DNA of 64,000 nt, taken from contig CBDESU010000001.1 in the NCBI GenBank assembly GCA_965242695.1, forward strand, positions 1,696,001 through 1,760,000, written 5' to 3'. Origin of the DNA: Cenarchaeum sp. (GTDB lineage Archaea > Thermoproteota > Nitrososphaeria > Nitrososphaerales > Nitrosopumilaceae). The position numbers and the translations under genes were made by a program. A model generated the notes under the pieces. It did not search any database, was not told the DNA's origin, and worked only from the letters and a program-made list of their open reading frames with translations. How positions within the stretch are numbered: position 1 is the first letter of the stretch; every line of letters begins with the position of its first letter. Positions 9,447 through 17,720 of the stretch are shown here, piece after piece.

Positions 9447-9987
9447 GGGTGGCTCCCCGATCGTCTATTACGATCTCGGCATCCTGCTGGACGGACGGCT
9501 TGACCTGCAGCTGCTGCGGCGTGTAGATGAGGCCCTCCTTTGTATACGAGGACAGCTCGTAGTCGTTCGTCATGTACAGCGCGTAGAACGGGCATGCGTC
9601 CACGCACAGCCCGCAGAACACGCACTTGCCGTAGTCGATCTGCGGCATGATCGACTTTTTGTTCTGCTTCCAGGTCTCTGGCACCTTTACCATCCCGATG
9701 GCCTCGGCGACGCCCTCGCACGCTATCGAGCACAGCTGGCACCCCGTGCAGTGGTCGTGGAAGAGCATGTGCCTGCCCTTGAGCCCCGCGATGCCGACGC
9801 CGGTCGTTGGGTCGAACTGGTACCCGTCGCCGACGAACTTTAGCTTTTCCTCGGGGTAGCGCAGGGTGAACCGCTTGACGGCCAGGTGCTTGACCCCCGA
9901 GTTGAGGGCCCTGATGATGCCGCTCGCCGTGCCGCGCCGCGGCTCGCTCGCGGCGCCCGCGCCCGCCCCGCCCTCCGCGCCGGCCAT
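9439..9987 (-). CDS. nuoI: NADH-quinone oxidoreductase subunit I (2x[4Fe-4S])
   Basis: CTGCQLCSIAC and CVFCGLCVDACP motifs. Confidence 0.95.
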   Translation of the reverse strand: MAGAEGGAGAGAASEPRRGTASGIIRALNSGVKHLAVKRFTLRYPEEKLKFVGDGYQFDPTTGVGIAGLKGRHMLFHDHCTGCQLCSIACEGVAEAIGMVKVPETWKQNKKSIMPQIDYGKCVFCGLCVDACPFYALYMTNDYELSSYTKEGLIYTPQQLQVKPSVQQDAEIVIDDRGATHG

Positions 9988-9988
9988 G

Positions 9989-11287
9989 TCAGATCATACC
10001 TCCGGGGCCGATCACGCCGGCGTACACGAGCCCTAGCGCTATAAAAATGTTGACGAACGCCAGGCCGATCAGCTTGAACCACCCGATCTCGAGGAGCATG
10101 TCTATGCGTATGCGCGGGAACACGCCTCGGGGCAGCAGTATGAAGAAGATGACGGCCACCGTCTTTAGGACGAACCAGGCGACTGCGCTGAGGAACTCCA
10201 TCGAGAACAGCGGGAGTCCCGGCAGGGCCGCCGAGATCGGGCCGGCGTTGATCCCCTCGTGGACGAGCTGCTCGTCGGGGGGAGGGGCGATCATCGGGCC
10301 GCTCCAGCCGCCGAGGAACAGCACCACGAAGAGGGCGGCGAACGCGTACAGCTTTACGTACGAGCCGAGCTGCACCAAGCCGTACATCATCCCCGACAGC
10401 TCGGTCAGCCAGCCGGCGACGATCTCGGACTCTGCCTCGGGCAGGTCGAACGGTATGCGCTCCAGCTCGGCGAGCGCGCATATGAAGAACACGACGGCGC
10501 CGATGGGGAGGAATATGATCCACGGGAAGAACGACTGGCTCTCGGCGATCTCGGAGAGGTTGAACGTGCCCGTCAGTATGACGACGCCCAGGCACGAGAG
10601 TATGAGCGGTATCTCGAACGAGACCATCTGGTGGAGCGCCCTTATCCCGCCGATGAACGGGAACTTGCTGTTGGCCGACCACGCGGACAGTATCGTGATT
10701 ATCGGAAAGAACCCGATCACGGCGAACACCGCGAGCAGCCCCATGTCCACGTCGGCGACGACCCAGCCGGGGGCGACCGGGATGAGCGCGACGAACGCGG
10801 CCGCGGCCCCGACGAACAGCAGGGGCGCCGCTATGAAGAGCGGCTTGTCGGCGCGCGCCGGTATGATGATCTCCTTCGAGATCAGCTTTAGGCCGTCGCC
10901 CATCAGCTGCAGCAGCCCCTCGACCTTGCCGCAGTAGAAGGGCCCGACGCGCAGCTGGAGCTTTGCGAGCATCTTGCGCTCGACGAATATCGTGCCCGCC
11001 GCGATGAGGGCGGCAAACCCGAACCCCGGGAACACCGCAATGCGGAAGATGTCGGTGTACAGCAGCGCCTTGACCATCGGCAGGGCGCTCTCGGGGTGCG
11101 ACAGCCACGTGAGGGCCAGGAACGGGTTGACGAGCTCGCCGTCGATTACGGGCAGGTCGATGTAGAACAGGATGATCTGTATGAGGGGCACGCCGATGAG
11201 CGTGAGCAGGACGACGGTCCAGAACGCGTTGTCCGTGATCGACTTTAGGAAGTACCCGAGGCGGAACCTTGGGGCGATGACGGACAT
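9989..11287 (-). CDS. nuoH: NADH-quinone oxidoreductase subunit H
   Basis: ERKMLAKLQLRVGP, DGLKLISKE, RIPFDLPEAESE and PRIRID motifs. Confidence 0.95.
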   Translation of the reverse strand: MSVIAPRFRLGYFLKSITDNAFWTVVLLTLIGVPLIQIILFYIDLPVIDGELVNPFLALTWLSHPESALPMVKALLYTDIFRIAVFPGFGFAALIAAGTIFVERKMLAKLQLRVGPFYCGKVEGLLQLMGDGLKLISKEIIIPARADKPLFIAAPLLFVGAAAAFVALIPVAPGWVVADVDMGLLAVFAVIGFFPIITILSAWSANSKFPFIGGIRALHQMVSFEIPLILSCLGVVILTGTFNLSEIAESQSFFPWIIFLPIGAVVFFICALAELERIPFDLPEAESEIVAGWLTELSGMMYGLVQLGSYVKLYAFAALFVVLFLGGWSGPMIAPPPDEQLVHEGINAGPISAALPGLPLFSMEFLSAVAWFVLKTVAVIFFILLPRGVFPRIRIDMLLEIGWFKLIGLAFVNIFIALGLVYAGVIGPGGMI

Positions 11288-12517
11288 TCAGCGGTCAGCC
11301 TCCACGGGCCAGTAGTTGAGGCTCCAGTACACGGCCGGCATGTTGCCGAGCTTCTCGCCGCGCAGCAGGTTCGGCAGGCAGATGAGGTTGCGGAACGACG
11401 GGACGCTCAGCTTTACGCGGTACGGCTCGGGCTTTGCGTCCGAGACGATGTGGCAGCCGAGCGAGCCGCGGCCCGACTCTACGCGCCGGTACACCTCCTG
11501 GTGGGGGAGCTTGCCCTTTGGGTTGGGCTTTAGCTTGGCCCGGACCGAGCCGGACTTTGGCATCTTTGCTAGCGCATCGCGCACGATGCGGCAGCTCTCC
11601 ATCATGTCGAGCCACGGCACGCGCGAGCGCGCGTACGAGTCGCCCTTGTGCAGGACGGGCGTCTCGTAGTCCATCTCTTCGTAGGCGTCGTACGGCTCCT
11701 TCTTGCGCAGGTCGTAGTCGATGCCGCTTGCGCGCAGGACCGACCCCGTCGTGCCGAACCGGACGGCGTCCTGCCGCGAGAGCACGCCCGTGTTCTCGGT
11801 ACGCGAGAGCAGGACGGGGTTGTCGTAGAACACGTCGGCGTACTCTTTGATGCGCTTCTCAAAGTAGTCGACCTGCCGGAGGCACGCATCCTCGAAGTTG
11901 GCCGGCATGTCGTTGCGCACGCCGCCGGGCACAAAGTAGGCGTGCGTGACGCGCGCGCCCGTGAGCTTTTCCATGAGGTCGATGAGCAGCTCGCGATCGC
12001 CGGCCGGCCACATGAACATGGTAGAGTGCCCGAGGAATATCCCGTATATGGCGAGCCAGTACTGGATATAGATGCACTTGTTCAGCTCGGAGGCGATGAC
12101 GCGCACGTACTTTGCGCGCTCGGGCACCTCGATGCCGAGTATCTCCTCGGCGGCCAGGCAGTACGGGTACAGGACGTTGCACGAGTCGTGTATGACGGGC
12201 CTCTCGAGATGGGGTATGTTCAGGACGTAGTTGCGGTACTCGGCCATCTTTTCCTCGCCGCGGTGCACGTAGCCCGGGTCGGGGTCGCAGTTTACGATGT
12301 GGTCGCCGTCGACCTGTATGACGAGGCGCATGTGCCCCGAGCCCGGGTGCTGCGGGCCGACGTTGAGCGTCATTATGCGCTCGTCGGTCCGCTCCACGGC
12401 CATGCCCGGCGGGAGGCGGGACGGCAGGCCGGCGCCCTGCTCCTGCTGTGCCAGGCGCACGTCCGGCGCGGCTACGGAGTCCGACCCGGCCCCTGCGGTT
12501 GCTGCTGTAGCCGACAC
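11288..12517 (-). CDS. nuoD: NADH-quinone oxidoreductase subunit D
   Basis: LNVGPQHP, GYVHRGEEK and C-terminal EADR. Confidence 0.95.
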   Translation of the reverse strand: MSATAATAGAGSDSVAAPDVRLAQQEQGAGLPSRLPPGMAVERTDERIMTLNVGPQHPGSGHMRLVIQVDGDHIVNCDPDPGYVHRGEEKMAEYRNYVLNIPHLERPVIHDSCNVLYPYCLAAEEILGIEVPERAKYVRVIASELNKCIYIQYWLAIYGIFLGHSTMFMWPAGDRELLIDLMEKLTGARVTHAYFVPGGVRNDMPANFEDACLRQVDYFEKRIKEYADVFYDNPVLLSRTENTGVLSRQDAVRFGTTGSVLRASGIDYDLRKKEPYDAYEEMDYETPVLHKGDSYARSRVPWLDMMESCRIVRDALAKMPKSGSVRAKLKPNPKGKLPHQEVYRRVESGRGSLGCHIVSDAKPEPYRVKLSVPSFRNLICLPNLLRGEKLGNMPAVYWSLNYWPVEADR

Positions 12518-12524
12518 GCCCCCA

Positions 12525-13697
12525 TCATCTCCCCTTTATCGCAAAGTCCTTGCGGAGCGGCGGCAGGTCGGCCCAGTCCTCGGGCAGCAAGAGCCGCCTG
12601 TTGTCAGGATGCCCCTCGAAATAGACGCCGAGCATCTCAAAGCACTCGCGCTCGTGGAACTCTACGCTGTAGAACACTTCGCGCAGGCTCGGCAGGCGCG
12701 TAGAGTCGCTGCCCGGGTTTGGGTCTTCCTCGCGCGGGGCCCTGACGTGCAGGGCCATGACCTGCTTTGAGAGGGACGGGTCGAGGTACGAGCCGAGGTG
12801 GTACACGACCTCGATCGCATTGTCCTTTGGATAGTCGACGCCCGAGACCGACTCGGCGTGGTCGAAGTGGAGCTCGTCGCGGATGAACGCGGCGACGTCC
12901 CTTACGGAGTCCGGCGTGGCGCGAACGGCGGTGCGGTTGGCGGCCACCGCGAGTACCTCGGCCTTGTCGCCGAACCGGTCGGCGATGCGGGCCGTCATCT
13001 TGGTCTCAAACTCGGGCGGAGGCGGGGGCGGAGGCTTTGCAGGCTTGCCCGCCGGCTTGGCGGCCGGCTTTGGGGGGGGCGGCTTGGCGGCCGCGCCTGC
13101 CGCCGGCTTTGGGGGGGGCGGCTTGGCGGCCGCGCCTGCCGCCGGCTTTGGGGGGGGCGGCTTGGCGGCCGCGCCTGCCGCCGGCTTTGGGGGGGGCGGC
13201 TTGGCGGCCGCGCCTGCCGCCGGCTTTGGGGGGGGCGGCTTGGCGGCCGCGCCTGCCGCCGGCTTTGGGGGGGCCGGCTTGGCCTCGGGACCGGCTGCGG
13301 CCGCGCCTGCCGCCGGCTTTGGGGGGGGCGGCTTGGCGGCCGCGCCTGCCGCCGGCTTTGGGGGGGGCGGCTTGGCCTCGGGACCGGCTGCGGCCGCGCC
13401 TGCCGCCGGCTTTGGGGGGGCCGGCTTGGCTGCTACGGGGGCGGGGGCCGGCTTTGGCGTGGCTGCAGAGTCCGCAGGCTTTGCGGACTGGGGGCCTGAG
13501 GAGGCCGTCTTGGAGGCATCGGGGGGCGTACTAGGCGTCAAAGAGCCGCCAGAGCTCGTTCCGGCTCCGGCAGGGGGCGGCTGCGAGTCGGATGCGCCAC
13601 CGCCCGTAGGGGGATCGGGCGCGGCATCGGGCTTTTTGGGCCGTGCCGGGGTGTTGCCATCGTCGGGTGCCGTATGGGCCCCCTCGTCAGAACTCAT
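12525..13697 (-). CDS. nuoC: NADH-quinone oxidoreductase subunit C with an approximately 230-aa Pro/Ala/Lys-rich N-terminal extension
   Basis: HERECFEMLGVYFEGHPDNRRLLLPEDW..PPLRKDF at the C-terminus. Confidence 0.93.
   Translation of the reverse strand: MSSDEGAHTAPDDGNTPARPKKPDAAPDPPTGGGASDSQPPPAGAGTSSGGSLTPSTPPDASKTASSGPQSAKPADSAATPKPAPAPVAAKPAPPKPAAGAAAAGPEAKPPPPKPAAGAAAKPPPPKPAAGAAAAGPEAKPAPPKPAAGAAAKPPPPKPAAGAAAKPPPPKPAAGAAAKPPPPKPAAGAAAKPPPPKPAAGAAAKPPPPKPAAKPAGKPAKPPPPPPPEFETKMTARIADRFGDKAEVLAVAANRTAVRATPDSVRDVAAFIRDELHFDHAESVSGVDYPKDNAIEVVYHLGSYLDPSLSKQVMALHVRAPREEDPNPGSDSTRLPSLREVFYSVEFHERECFEMLGVYFEGHPDNRRLLLPEDWADLPPLRKDFAIKGR
13040..13430. repeat. Coding tandem repeats (mostly 39 bp, AKPPPPKPAAGAA) in the nuoC N-terminus, containing G8-9 runs
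   Basis: Repeated ggcttggcggccgcgcctgccgccggctttgggggggg units. Confidence 0.9.
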
Positions 13698-13727
13698 TGC
13701 GGGTTTCCTGCCGGCGCAATTCGGGCG

Positions 13728-13737
13728 TATTTTAAAT
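13728..13737 (-). promoter_or_regulatory. Putative TATA box of the nuoC-N operon
   Basis: ATTTAAAATA on the minus strand about 30 nt upstream of the nuoC ATG. Confidence 0.55.
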
Positions 13738-14769
13738 GTCTATCACACAGCGCAACCAAGATGCGCGGCAGGCCCGCGTCCGGCCTGGGGCCCAGGCAAG
13801 AAGGACCGCCGCGTCAAGTTCCGCATGACTGTCCGGCAGCCCCGTACCCGCCGCCGATCGCCCTCTACAAGCAACCAGGCCGCCCACGCCGCGCCCCGCC
13901 TCGCCCCCACACCCTGCGCGGTGATACCCATGCCGCGTCTCGTCCTGCCCACCACGAGGCCCCTGCCAAGCGGCGCGCAACCCGGCACGGCTTGTCGCAG
14001 CCCGATCTCGCCGCACTGCACTTCGCGGCGCCAGTCAGGACGGCACACCCCCCCCCCCCCCGCCTCGCCGCGCACGGGCAGCGGGCCACACGCTGGCATG
14101 TGCGCCACGCGCGAGTGCGCATGGCAACTCGAGTCGCGAGCCGCGCGCGGCCCTGCCTCGGCGCGCTTGCAGGCGATGCGATCGCCGTCCCGGCGATGCA
14201 GGCCGCGGGGTCGCGGCAGGCCGCCCCAAAGTCGGCCGCCCCCGCCGGCATGCCTTCGGCGTCCGGCATGATTGCCAGGGACGTGCAGATGCCTCATCCG
14301 GCGGCGGCCCGGCCGGCGCCGGGCAGGTCATGCGGCGCAGGATGCGGGCGTCTGCCGGCGCGCCGTGCATCCTTGTGAGGGCCATGCGGCAGGCCGGCAG
14401 GGCGCCCCGATGTCCGCCCGGCGCCGTTTTCGGTCAGGCGCGGCCGCGGGCAGGCGGCGGGACGTGCCCCCGTGCAATCCCGCATCGCATCCTCCGCGCA
14501 GCCTGCCCGGCATGAGGCCCCGGCCGGGCCGGCGAAGCGTCCCGCCCTGCCAGCTGCAGAACGCCCGGCGCGCAGATGCGGCCACGGAATTGCACCCCTT
14601 TGTTCCAGATTTGGAATGTGTGATGGCCGCAAAAAACCCGGCGGCCCCAGTAGGATGCGCGGCGCCGCGCCCTGCGGCCCGCTTCGCCCCGGCAGAGGCC
14701 GCGCCGGGCCGCATCCTTGCCGCAAACAACGCCGCCGGCGGCATCGTCCGGCAGAAGCCGTGCGGCTGG

Positions 14770-15261
14770 CTACCCCATCGCCTGCCTGAGCCTTGCGCGG
14801 GCCGCTTCGATTTCCTCGTTGTTGAGGCAATCCGCCAGCTCTTCCATGGACAGGACAAACCGGCGGGTGGTCGCCGTCAGGCGGTCGGCGTCTTCGACCT
14901 GCCCCTCTACCGTGGTATAGTACATGGCCTCGACCCGCATTTTCTTGGCCGTTTTAAAGTCGCCTACAAGGCCCGCATCGATGCTGTCGCCGAAGAGTCG
15001 GCCAATCAGCACCATGACGCAGTCGTGCATCTCGCACTTTATTCCCGCCCTCATAAGCACCGCGTACGCGGAAAAGTACATCGCATAGTAGCTGGCCGAG
15101 TACGCCCAGTCCGCCGTGCCTTGGTCTATGGAGCTCTGCAGCATGCGCATGGAGTCATGCGACTTTCCCGCGTACGCCCGCCGGAGGCACTCGGACGGCT
15201 CCACCAGGCGGATGCCGCGCTTCTGCCCGGCGCACCACCTGATGTACCTGCTACTGTCCAA
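14770..15261 (-). CDS. HEPN domain protein (putative toxin of an MNT-HEPN pair)
   Basis: WAYSASYYAMYFSAYAVL, CEMHDC and MRVEAMY motifs; TTG start overlaps the MNT stop. Confidence 0.85.
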   Translation of the reverse strand: MDSSRYIRWCAGQKRGIRLVEPSECLRRAYAGKSHDSMRMLQSSIDQGTADWAYSASYYAMYFSAYAVLMRAGIKCEMHDCVMVLIGRLFGDSIDAGLVGDFKTAKKMRVEAMYYTTVEGQVEDADRLTATTRRFVLSMEELADCLNNEEIEAARARLRQAMG

Positions 15262-15862
15262 CGTAGCACCTCCATACGGCCCCGCAAAAGGCATCGGCCC
15301 CCTTCAGGACCACATGGTTCGAGACCGCCTCGCATATGAGCGGGTCGCCCCTGCGCAGCCCCAGCGAGACCTGCCTCGGCGTGGCATACTTTATGTCCAG
15401 CCAGGCCCCGGCCGTCTTGCGCACGTCGTCGACCACCCCCTTGTCCCTGATCCGGGGGCCCACTACCAGCAGATCGACGTCGCTCTCGTCGTCGTGCTCC
15501 TCCCTTGCATAGCTTCCGAACAGGACCAGCGCGCCGTCGACATGCATGTCGAGGTCCTTGAGCACCCGCTTCGCTATGTAGTGCCTGCGCATGTACTCGA
15601 CGGACGCAAAGGACTCGGCCATTGCCATGTAGTGCCTAGTGAACAGGTTGTCTAGGTTCGGCGAGAACGCGATGTTCCGTCCCGCCTTGCTGCGGCCGAG
15701 CACACTGATGCGCTCAAGCCGCTGCAGGTGGAGCCGGACGGATGAGACATCCGCTCCTACCCGCCGTGCGATCTCGCGCATGTGGAGGCTCAGGCGGTAG
15801 TCGCCCGCGTACAGCCGCATGATCGAGAGGGCCGTACCCGCAACGGGGATTTTTTCTCCCAC
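15251..15862 (-). CDS. HTH + minimal nucleotidyltransferase (MNT) domain protein (putative antitoxin)
   Basis: N-terminal HTH (LHMREIARRVG); LFGSYAR...SDVDLLVV motif. Confidence 0.88.
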   Translation of the reverse strand: MGEKIPVAGTALSIMRLYAGDYRLSLHMREIARRVGADVSSVRLHLQRLERISVLGRSKAGRNIAFSPNLDNLFTRHYMAMAESFASVEYMRRHYIAKRVLKDLDMHVDGALVLFGSYAREEHDDESDVDLLVVGPRIRDKGVVDDVRKTAGAWLDIKYATPRQVSLGLRRGDPLICEAVSNHVVLKGADAFCGAVWRCYVGQ

Positions 15863-16160
15863 GTGTTGGGAATCATAAACAGTGTATTAAAGGCTTGACG
15901 GAAAGGGCGCGATTGCGTAGCCGTCCTCCAGTCTCCACATCCCAAGGTTGCCGGCCACTGCCGCCTGCGGCATGCCACGCCTCGAGTCCGAGTGGCCGCG
16001 CCGCGATCGCGGCCTCCATCCCAAGCGGGCACAGCGGCCCGCAGTTGGACGGCCCGGCTACCGTCGGCGCCGCCGCCGGCGCCCCGCCGAGTGCGTGTTC
16101 CATGGCAGTATGATGCCGATCGCATCAAGGCGGGGCGGGCGGGCGCAGGACAGATCACCA

Positions 16161-16673
16161 TCACGCCAGCCCGTACTCAGATGCGACGGCGGCCACCTCG
16201 TCCCCGTCGCGGGCCTGCGCATAGTCTTCGAGCAGCGCGCCGTTGAGCTCGGAGAACGTGTGGCCCCACGGAAACTTCGCGAGCAGATCGTCCGCCTTGC
16301 CGCCAAACCCCAGTATGTAGAGCGCGCCGGCGAGCGCCTCTGCCGTCGTCAGCTTGCCGACCTTTGAGTAGTTGACGGGGTTTCCGGCAAGCAGTGGTGG
16401 GAGGCGCCTGCGGACGGCGGCAGCGGCCGGGCCGGCGCCGCGGCCGTCCGTGGCAAACACCCCCTCGGCCAGGCGCCACGAGCAGTCGACGGCGGTCACC
16501 GACGAGACCATCTTCCGGTCGGGGGGAGCGGCCATCTGCCCGGCGAACGGATCCAGCACCATGGTGCGGCCGCCGGGCGACCTTGCGCGCTGCGCCAGCC
16601 CAAGCCGGACCAGCCTGAGGGCCGTGCATTTTTTCGGGTCGTCCTGGCCGTGCATTACGATGCGCAGGCGCAT
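16161..16673 (-). CDS. tsr3: 16S rRNA aminocarboxypropyltransferase Tsr3
   Basis: QDDPKKCT, DCSW, RRLPPLLAGNPVNY, EALAGALY and FPWGHTF motifs. Confidence 0.93.
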   Translation of the reverse strand: MRLRIVMHGQDDPKKCTALRLVRLGLAQRARSPGGRTMVLDPFAGQMAAPPDRKMVSSVTAVDCSWRLAEGVFATDGRGAGPAAAAVRRRLPPLLAGNPVNYSKVGKLTTAEALAGALYILGFGGKADDLLAKFPWGHTFSELNGALLEDYAQARDGDEVAAVASEYGLA

Positions 16674-16708
16674 GCGGGCGCGCCCGTACCCCCCATATTT
16701 GAAGAGGG

Positions 16709-16807
16709 CGAAGGCCCGTCCCCACCCCCATTCTCCGCTGCGTCTGCTCGCCGGCAAGGACGGCGACTGGATGAGGACGAAGGCCCGTCCCCACCCCCAT
16801 TCTCCGC
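16709..16807. repeat. Two identical 30-bp direct repeats separated by 39 bp of unique sequence
   Basis: CGAAGGCCCGTCCCCACCCCCATTCTCCGC at 16709 and 16778. Confidence 0.85.
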
Positions 16808-16885
16808 CCTTTGGCGCGGCGCAGGGGCAGGCAGGCTCTGCGCCCGGCGTAAATCCATTTAGGGGCAGCGCCGCGGGACGGCGCA

Positions 16886-17308
16886 GTGCGGCGGCGCGCG
16901 GGCAAGGGCCCTGACGAGGAGGAGAGATACTACAATGGCCTGCCGAGGGCGTTCAGGCGCGTCGGCAACCACAGGGACGGCAGCAAGTGCGAGTGGAAAA
17001 AGACCCCCGTGGCGCTGTCGCTGCCGTACAAGGGGATCCGCTGGCCCGCGGTCCTGGCGGCAAGGTGCAGAGTGTGCGGGACGGTCAGGACAACGCACGT
17101 GACGGGCGTCATTCGGTCGGAATACGACGGCAAGCAGCGATGGCTCATGCACTACCTGTACCAGTGGCAGGACGGGCACGTGCGCCTGTGCATCGGCCAT
17201 GTCCGCAGGTTCAGGGGGCGCACGGCCAGCGCGCGAAGCCCCGAGGACGGCCAGCGCGCGGCGATGGAGCTAGCGCGCGCCGCCGTCGGGGGCGGCAGTG
17301 CGAGTTAG
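16886..17308 (+). CDS. Hypothetical protein with a CxxC motif
   Basis: Protein-like composition (YYNGLPRAF, CRVCG, WLMHYLYQWQDG); AT-rich element about 25 nt upstream. Confidence 0.55.
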   Translation: MRRRAGKGPDEEERYYNGLPRAFRRVGNHRDGSKCEWKKTPVALSLPYKGIRWPAVLAARCRVCGTVRTTHVTGVIRSEYDGKQRWLMHYLYQWQDGHVRLCIGHVRRFRGRTASARSPEDGQRAAMELARAAVGGGSAS

Positions 17309-17720
17309 CTTGCGGCAGAGGCGCGACGGCGCGCTGTCCGGCCTTTCCGCCTCGGCCGTCCACTTCCACGTCGATCGCCGCCCCCGCCTCGGCCGGCAGC
17401 ACCGCGAATTTTTCGGGCGTCGCATCCGGCCCCGAGTACCTCACGCGGTGGTCCGTCCCGCCGATCTGCGCGGTCTGGTATACGGCGCCCGGCGCCCTGG
17501 TGGAACCGGACACGAGGCACCCGTCGGCGGCGGGGCAGACTATGCAGTCGGGACGGGGGCCGCCGTCCGGCCCGGCCAGGTTGTCCAAGAGGCGGATATC
17601 GAACGAGGATTGGTCGTCGTGCGGCGCGGGCAGCGGCAACCCCTGCAGGCGGCCGAAGTGGATAGATGGCATGGACCAGATCGCGCAACGGCTGCCGCAG
17701 TCCCCGCACGGTATTCGGAA
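17270..17720 (-). pseudogene. Degenerate duplicate of the 3' end of the lamin-tail-domain gene (27047-27510)
   Basis: ADGCLVSGSTRAPGAVYQTAQIGGTDHRVRYSGPDATPEKFAVLPAEAG is near-identical to the C-terminus of the 27047-30679 protein; frameshift near 17365. Confidence 0.85.

Noticed and set aside
2170-12703. Long alternative-frame and antisense ORFs over the nuo operon (e.g. 2170-3969, 4581-6905)
   Set aside because: Arg/Pro/Gly-rich shadow ORFs caused by high GC3 in real genes
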